This document shows positions 59,861-64,000 of a DNA stretch of 64,000 nt, one piece after another (the stretch's first letter is position 1; each line of letters opens with the position of its first letter). The notes beneath the pieces were generated by a model that did not search any database, had not been told where the DNA came from, and saw only the letters and a list, made by a program, of their open reading frames with translations. The stretch is from Heterodontus francisci. Taxonomy: Eukaryota. The stretch spans positions 9,238,001 through 9,302,000 of the forward strand of contig NC_090404.1 in NCBI RefSeq assembly GCF_036365525.1, written 5' to 3'. The translations under genes were made by a program, and so were the position numbers.

Positions 59861-61408
59861 TCCCTCATCGTTCACTGCAACACAGTTGATCACACGGAAC
59901 TGAAGAGGAATGAGGAAGGTTATTCTTCCCGAATTAATTAATTCTTCCAGAAAATCTCACACCCCTACACTTTACTCAGTTATCACTAATTTAATTCATT
60001 GCTTTTTGATTCTATCACTTGGCTCGGATTCCATTCCAAGTGTCGACCACTCTCTGTGTAACCAGTTATCTCCTGATCTCAGTTCTAATGTCACCTTTTA
60101 CTGGACGGAACCTGTGCCACTTGCCCTGCAGCCGCAGTTCAATTGAAAGTATATTTCAAGACAAGCCCTTTCCATATCACCTGTTTATTTTATAGCTCTA
60201 CGTTACTGTTTTTATGGAATTCCAGCTTCCATTTTAGTAATCGCTTTTCTCACTGTCTTTCTCTCTTATCTCACTATCTCTCTCTCTCTCTCTCTCTGAT
60301 CCCCTCGCTAGCTCTTCCTTCGTTTCCCTAGTTTTCTCAGTCTGTATGTCTCCCTGTTGATTCATCTGTTTCTTCATCACTGCATCTTCGTCTATTTCCC
60401 TCTCTGTCTCTGCCATTTTCTCACTCTTCTCCCCTTTTATCCCCCTGTCTCTACCTCGCTTCCTATTATTGATTTTCTCTCTGCTTCTGTCTGCTTTTCC
60501 CTCAGACTTTCTCCCTTTCTATCTCTGTATTCCCGTCTCTGTTTCTCCCACAATCTTTCTCCCTATGTCTCCACCTGTCTTTCTATCGCTGTCTCTCCCT
60601 CAGTCTTTCTCTCTGTACCTGTAGCTCTGTTTCTGTCTCTGTCTGCCACTCGTCTGTCTGTGTTTCTTTCGCCTCCCGCTGAATAGCAGGTTTGAAAAGC
60701 AATGAATGTGCAGCCACGTTGATGTATCAATAGCTTTCGATGCACCAAAAATATCCAAATATTTATTTTGCATTCCATTCCCAGCAGCTTATCCGGGATT
60801 AGGTGACGGTTAATATTATAGAAGGCAGGATAATCAATACTGTGTTGCCAGTGCAATCTGCGCCATATTTATATCACGGATCTGCAACAATAACAAGCCT
60901 CAAACCTCTTCTCCTTAATTTTATGACACTTCCTATCCAAATTAAATGCGCATTTTACTCATTCTATTGTCTCTAGTTGAACGGAGACGAATACCAGTGT
61001 TAAGGAAACTGACCTTATCATTCTCGATGAAGCACAATAAATGTCCAGCCTTTGTGAACCCACTGGATTTCAAAACAAATCCCAGAGGGTGAAATGTCAG
61101 CATCTGCCTCACTGCCCCACTCAGTTTCCCAGCAGAGAGAGGAGGCCTTCACTACGCTTTGCCTAGGCTCGATTTGAATCCAGATCAAAGATGGTCAAAG
61201 GACAAGTGTCTGACTCGACACATCGCAGTCCTTTTTACACTTGTTCTAGGGATTTGAATGTCACTAGCAGGGCCAGCATTTATTGTCCACATCTAATTTC
61301 CCTTGAGCAGGTGGTGGTGAGCCGACTTCTTGAACCGTTGCAGTCCATGTGGTGTAGGTACACTCACACTGCTGTTCGAGAGGGAGTTTCTGACAATGAC
61401 AAATAGGG

Positions 61409-61422
61409 CCACCAGAGGGCGC
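61409..61422 (+). promoter_or_regulatory. CTCF-like motif CCACCAGAGGGCGC upstream of a V pseudogene
   Basis: Essentially perfect CTCF core, about 300 bp 5' of the V exon. Confidence 0.65.
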
Positions 61423-61719
61423 GTCAGTACGACTAACACGTCAGCATTGGATTGTTCCCTGGCCCTCAGTGAATATTTTAGTGATATTTATCTTCATCCC
61501 TGACAGAAAATATCATGAATGCCACATCAGAATTATTCCAAAATAATTTGTTTTTCCAGTAATATTCCTGATGTACCGATCGCAGAAACCAGGAAAACAC
61601 AATGAATGAATTATTCATTTTCTTTGATTTTGGGCGAATGTTTTGTGCACAAAAGCGTTCGTGGTTAGAACAGTTTCTGTCGTTTCTCGTTTCCATGTCT
61701 CTTTGGTATCGACCGTTAT

Positions 61720-61959
61720 CAGCGGTGAGACTCTGATCCACCAACCAGAGCAGATGTTTGTACAAGAGGGACAATCGATTGAAATGCAGTGCAGTGTAAC
61801 CACCAGCGGCACCGAGAGTATCCACTGCTACAGACAAATACCGAACCGTGGCCCCAATCGTGGTTCAGACTCCTAATTAACCAAACAAGAATCTATAACA
61901 TTCTTGGTATTGACAGCACCGCGGTATCAGACATTGGAGTGTACTACCAAGCACTGAGG
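61720..61959 (+). pseudogene. TCR V pseudogene (internal deletion and frameshift)
   Basis: Reads GETLIHQPEQMFVQEGQSIEMQCSV...IHCYRQIP, then a second frame ...SDIGVYYQALR. RSS: CACTGTG (61960-61966), 23-bp spacer, GCAATATCT. Confidence 0.78.
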
Positions 61960-62057
61960 CACTGTGAGACAAAGACTGAGCGCTCCAATGCAATATCTGC
62001 TACAGGTTCCTATCAGGTAATCTCTGCATATCTACTTTTCTCTCCTGTGCTTATTCC

Positions 62058-62265
62058 TTTGTGAGGTACAGTTCCACAAGCTCCATCCATCCTATAAGGA
62101 GAGGGTTGTTCAGACGGCCCTGAATGTATTGAATCATTTGAGAGGTACAGTTCCACATGCTCCATTCATTCGGTAAGGAAAGGGTTATTCAGACTGTCAT
62201 GAATGTGTTGATTTATTTGTGAGGTACAGTTCCACATGCTCCATTCATTCGATAAGGAAAGGATT
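62058..62265. repeat. 79-bp tandem repeat, about 2.6 copies
   Basis: GAGGTACAGTTCCAC at 62063, 62142 and 62221. Confidence 0.85.
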
Positions 62266-62319
62266 TTACTGAATTCGAACACCCAGCGCCAGGTCTGCCC
62301 CTTTAGAGTAAATTAAAAT

Positions 62320-62470
62320 AAAAGCAAAATGTTGCAGATGCTGGAAATCTGAAATAAAACCAAAAGAGTTCTGGAAATACTCAGCAGTTCTGATGCAAGG
62401 TCACTGACCTGAAACGTTAACTTTGCTTCTCTCTCCACAGATGCTTCCAGACCTGCTGAGTACTTTCTGC
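62320..62470. mobile_element. Penelope-like terminal repeat remnant (inverted pair) with hammerhead motif
   Basis: AGTTCTGATGCAAGGTCACTGACCTGAAACGTTAACT at 62386-62422, flanked by inverted ACTCAGCAG/CTGCTGAGT. Confidence 0.65.
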
Positions 62471-62559
62471 CCCTTTACAGAGTCATTATCACAAAGGGAT
62501 GGGATTCCCCTCAATTCCCTCCACAAGGAGGAGAGGAATAAGCTGATCATTAGACAACT

Positions 62560-64000
62560 GACAAGTCCAGATATAAACCATTGGCGAATGGAGCAGCGAA
62601 TCAATAAACTACCTCTTTACATTTGTGGAGTGCCACAGGGATCAGTGTTGGGGCATCAACTATTTACAATTTATATCAATGACATGAATGAAGGGACCGA
62701 ATGTATGGTTGCTAAATTTTCTGATGACACAAAGATCGGAAGGAAAGCAAGTTGTAAAGAGGACAAAAGCAGTCTGTAAAGAGATATAGATAGGTTAAGT
62801 GAGTGGACCACTTTGGCAGGGAGAATAGTAAAGTGGTATATTATTTAAATGGAGAGAGATTGCAGGACTCTGAGGGTCAGAAGGATTTGGGTGTCTTACT
62901 GCATAAATCACAAAAGGTTGGTCTGCAGATACATCAAGTGATTAGGAAGGCAATTGGAATTTTGTCTTTATTGCAAGGGGAATGGAATATAAAACTAAAG
63001 ATTTTTGCTACAGTTATATAGGGTATTGGCGAGACGACATCAGCAGTACTGTGTACATGTTTTGTCTCCTTATTTCAGAAAGGGAGACCAACCCTGATTC
63101 AATGAAGAGTGCAGGAGAGCATGCCAGCAGCAGCACCAGGCATACCTCAAAATGAGGTGTCAACCTGGTGAAGCTACAACCCAGGACTACTTGCATGCCA
63201 AACAGTATATGCTGCATGCGATAGACAGAGCTAAGCGATCCCATAAGCAACGGATCAGATCTAAGCTCTGCTGTGCTGCCACATCCAGCCGTGAATGGTG
63301 GAGGACAATTAAACAACTAACTGGAGGAGGTGGCTCCACAAATATCCCCATCCTCAATGATGGGGGAGCCCAGCACATCAGTGCAAAGATAATGCTGAAG
63401 CATTTGCAACAATCTTCAGCCAGAAGTGCCGAGTTGATGATCCACCTCGGCCTCCTCCTGTAGTCCCCAGCATCACAGATGCCAGACTTCAGCCAATTCG
63501 ATTCACTCCACATGATATCAAGAAATGACTGAAGACACTGGATACTGCAAAGGCTATGGGCCCTGACAATATTCCAGCAATAGTACTGAAGGCTTGTGCT
63601 CCAGAACTTGCCGTGCCCTTAGCCAAGCTGTTCCTGTACAGCTACAGCACTGGCATCTACCCGGCAATGTGGAAAATTGCCCAAGTATATCCTATGCACA
63701 AAAAGCAGGACAAGTCCAACCAGGCCAATTACCGCCACATCAGTCTACTCTCAATCATCAGTAAAGTGGTGGAAGGTGTCATTGACAGTGCTGTCAAGCG
63801 CTAAGCAATAACCTGCTAAGTGACGTTCAATTTGGGTTCGCCAGGGCCACTTAGCTTCTGGCCTTATTTCAGCCTTGGTTCAAACATGAACACAAGAGCT
63901 GAATTCAAGAGGTGAGGTGAGAGTGATTGCCCTTGACATCTAGACAACATTTGACAGATTATGGCATCAAGGAGCCCTAGCAAAACAAATGTCAATGGGA
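62560..64000 (+). mobile_element. CR1 fragment (62560-63075) followed by a family-2 LINE fragment (63080-64000)
   Basis: GVPQGSVLG/AKFSDDTK motifs, then sequence paralleling 55270-56200. Confidence 0.85.

Noticed and set aside
5040-60856. Many short ORFs in the track (antisense to LINEs or V exons, in simple repeats, or spanning the N gap)
   Set aside because: Shadow or low-complexity frames with no independent coding evidence.

Overview
Vertebrate genomic DNA, almost certainly from a cartilaginous fish (HE1-type SINEs, HER1/CR1 LINEs, IgNAR-like V segment). The window is part of the V-segment array of the T-cell receptor alpha/delta locus. It holds about 12 V segments or V pseudogenes in mixed orientation, most with a recognisable 23-spacer RSS, embedded in dense CR1-type, RTE, Penelope-like, Gypsy (Gmr1-like) and SINE sequence. 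No ordinary TCR D, J or C segments were seen. The key feature is a complete, apparently open NARTCR cassette on the minus strand. It consists of a leader plus IgNAR-like V (RSS22), a 15-bp D flanked 12/12, a 34-bp J (RSS23) with a splice donor, and 7.3 kb downstream a leaderless supporting TCR-delta V with a CDR1 cysteine. The D and J are invisible in the ORF track. NARTCR is a described system in sharks. Less expected details are a triplicated RSS behind the supporting V, CTCF-like motifs near several Vs, a 9-copy 161-bp array at the 5' end of a young CR1, and Penelope-type minimal hammerhead motifs. All calls were made by eye; no database searches were run.
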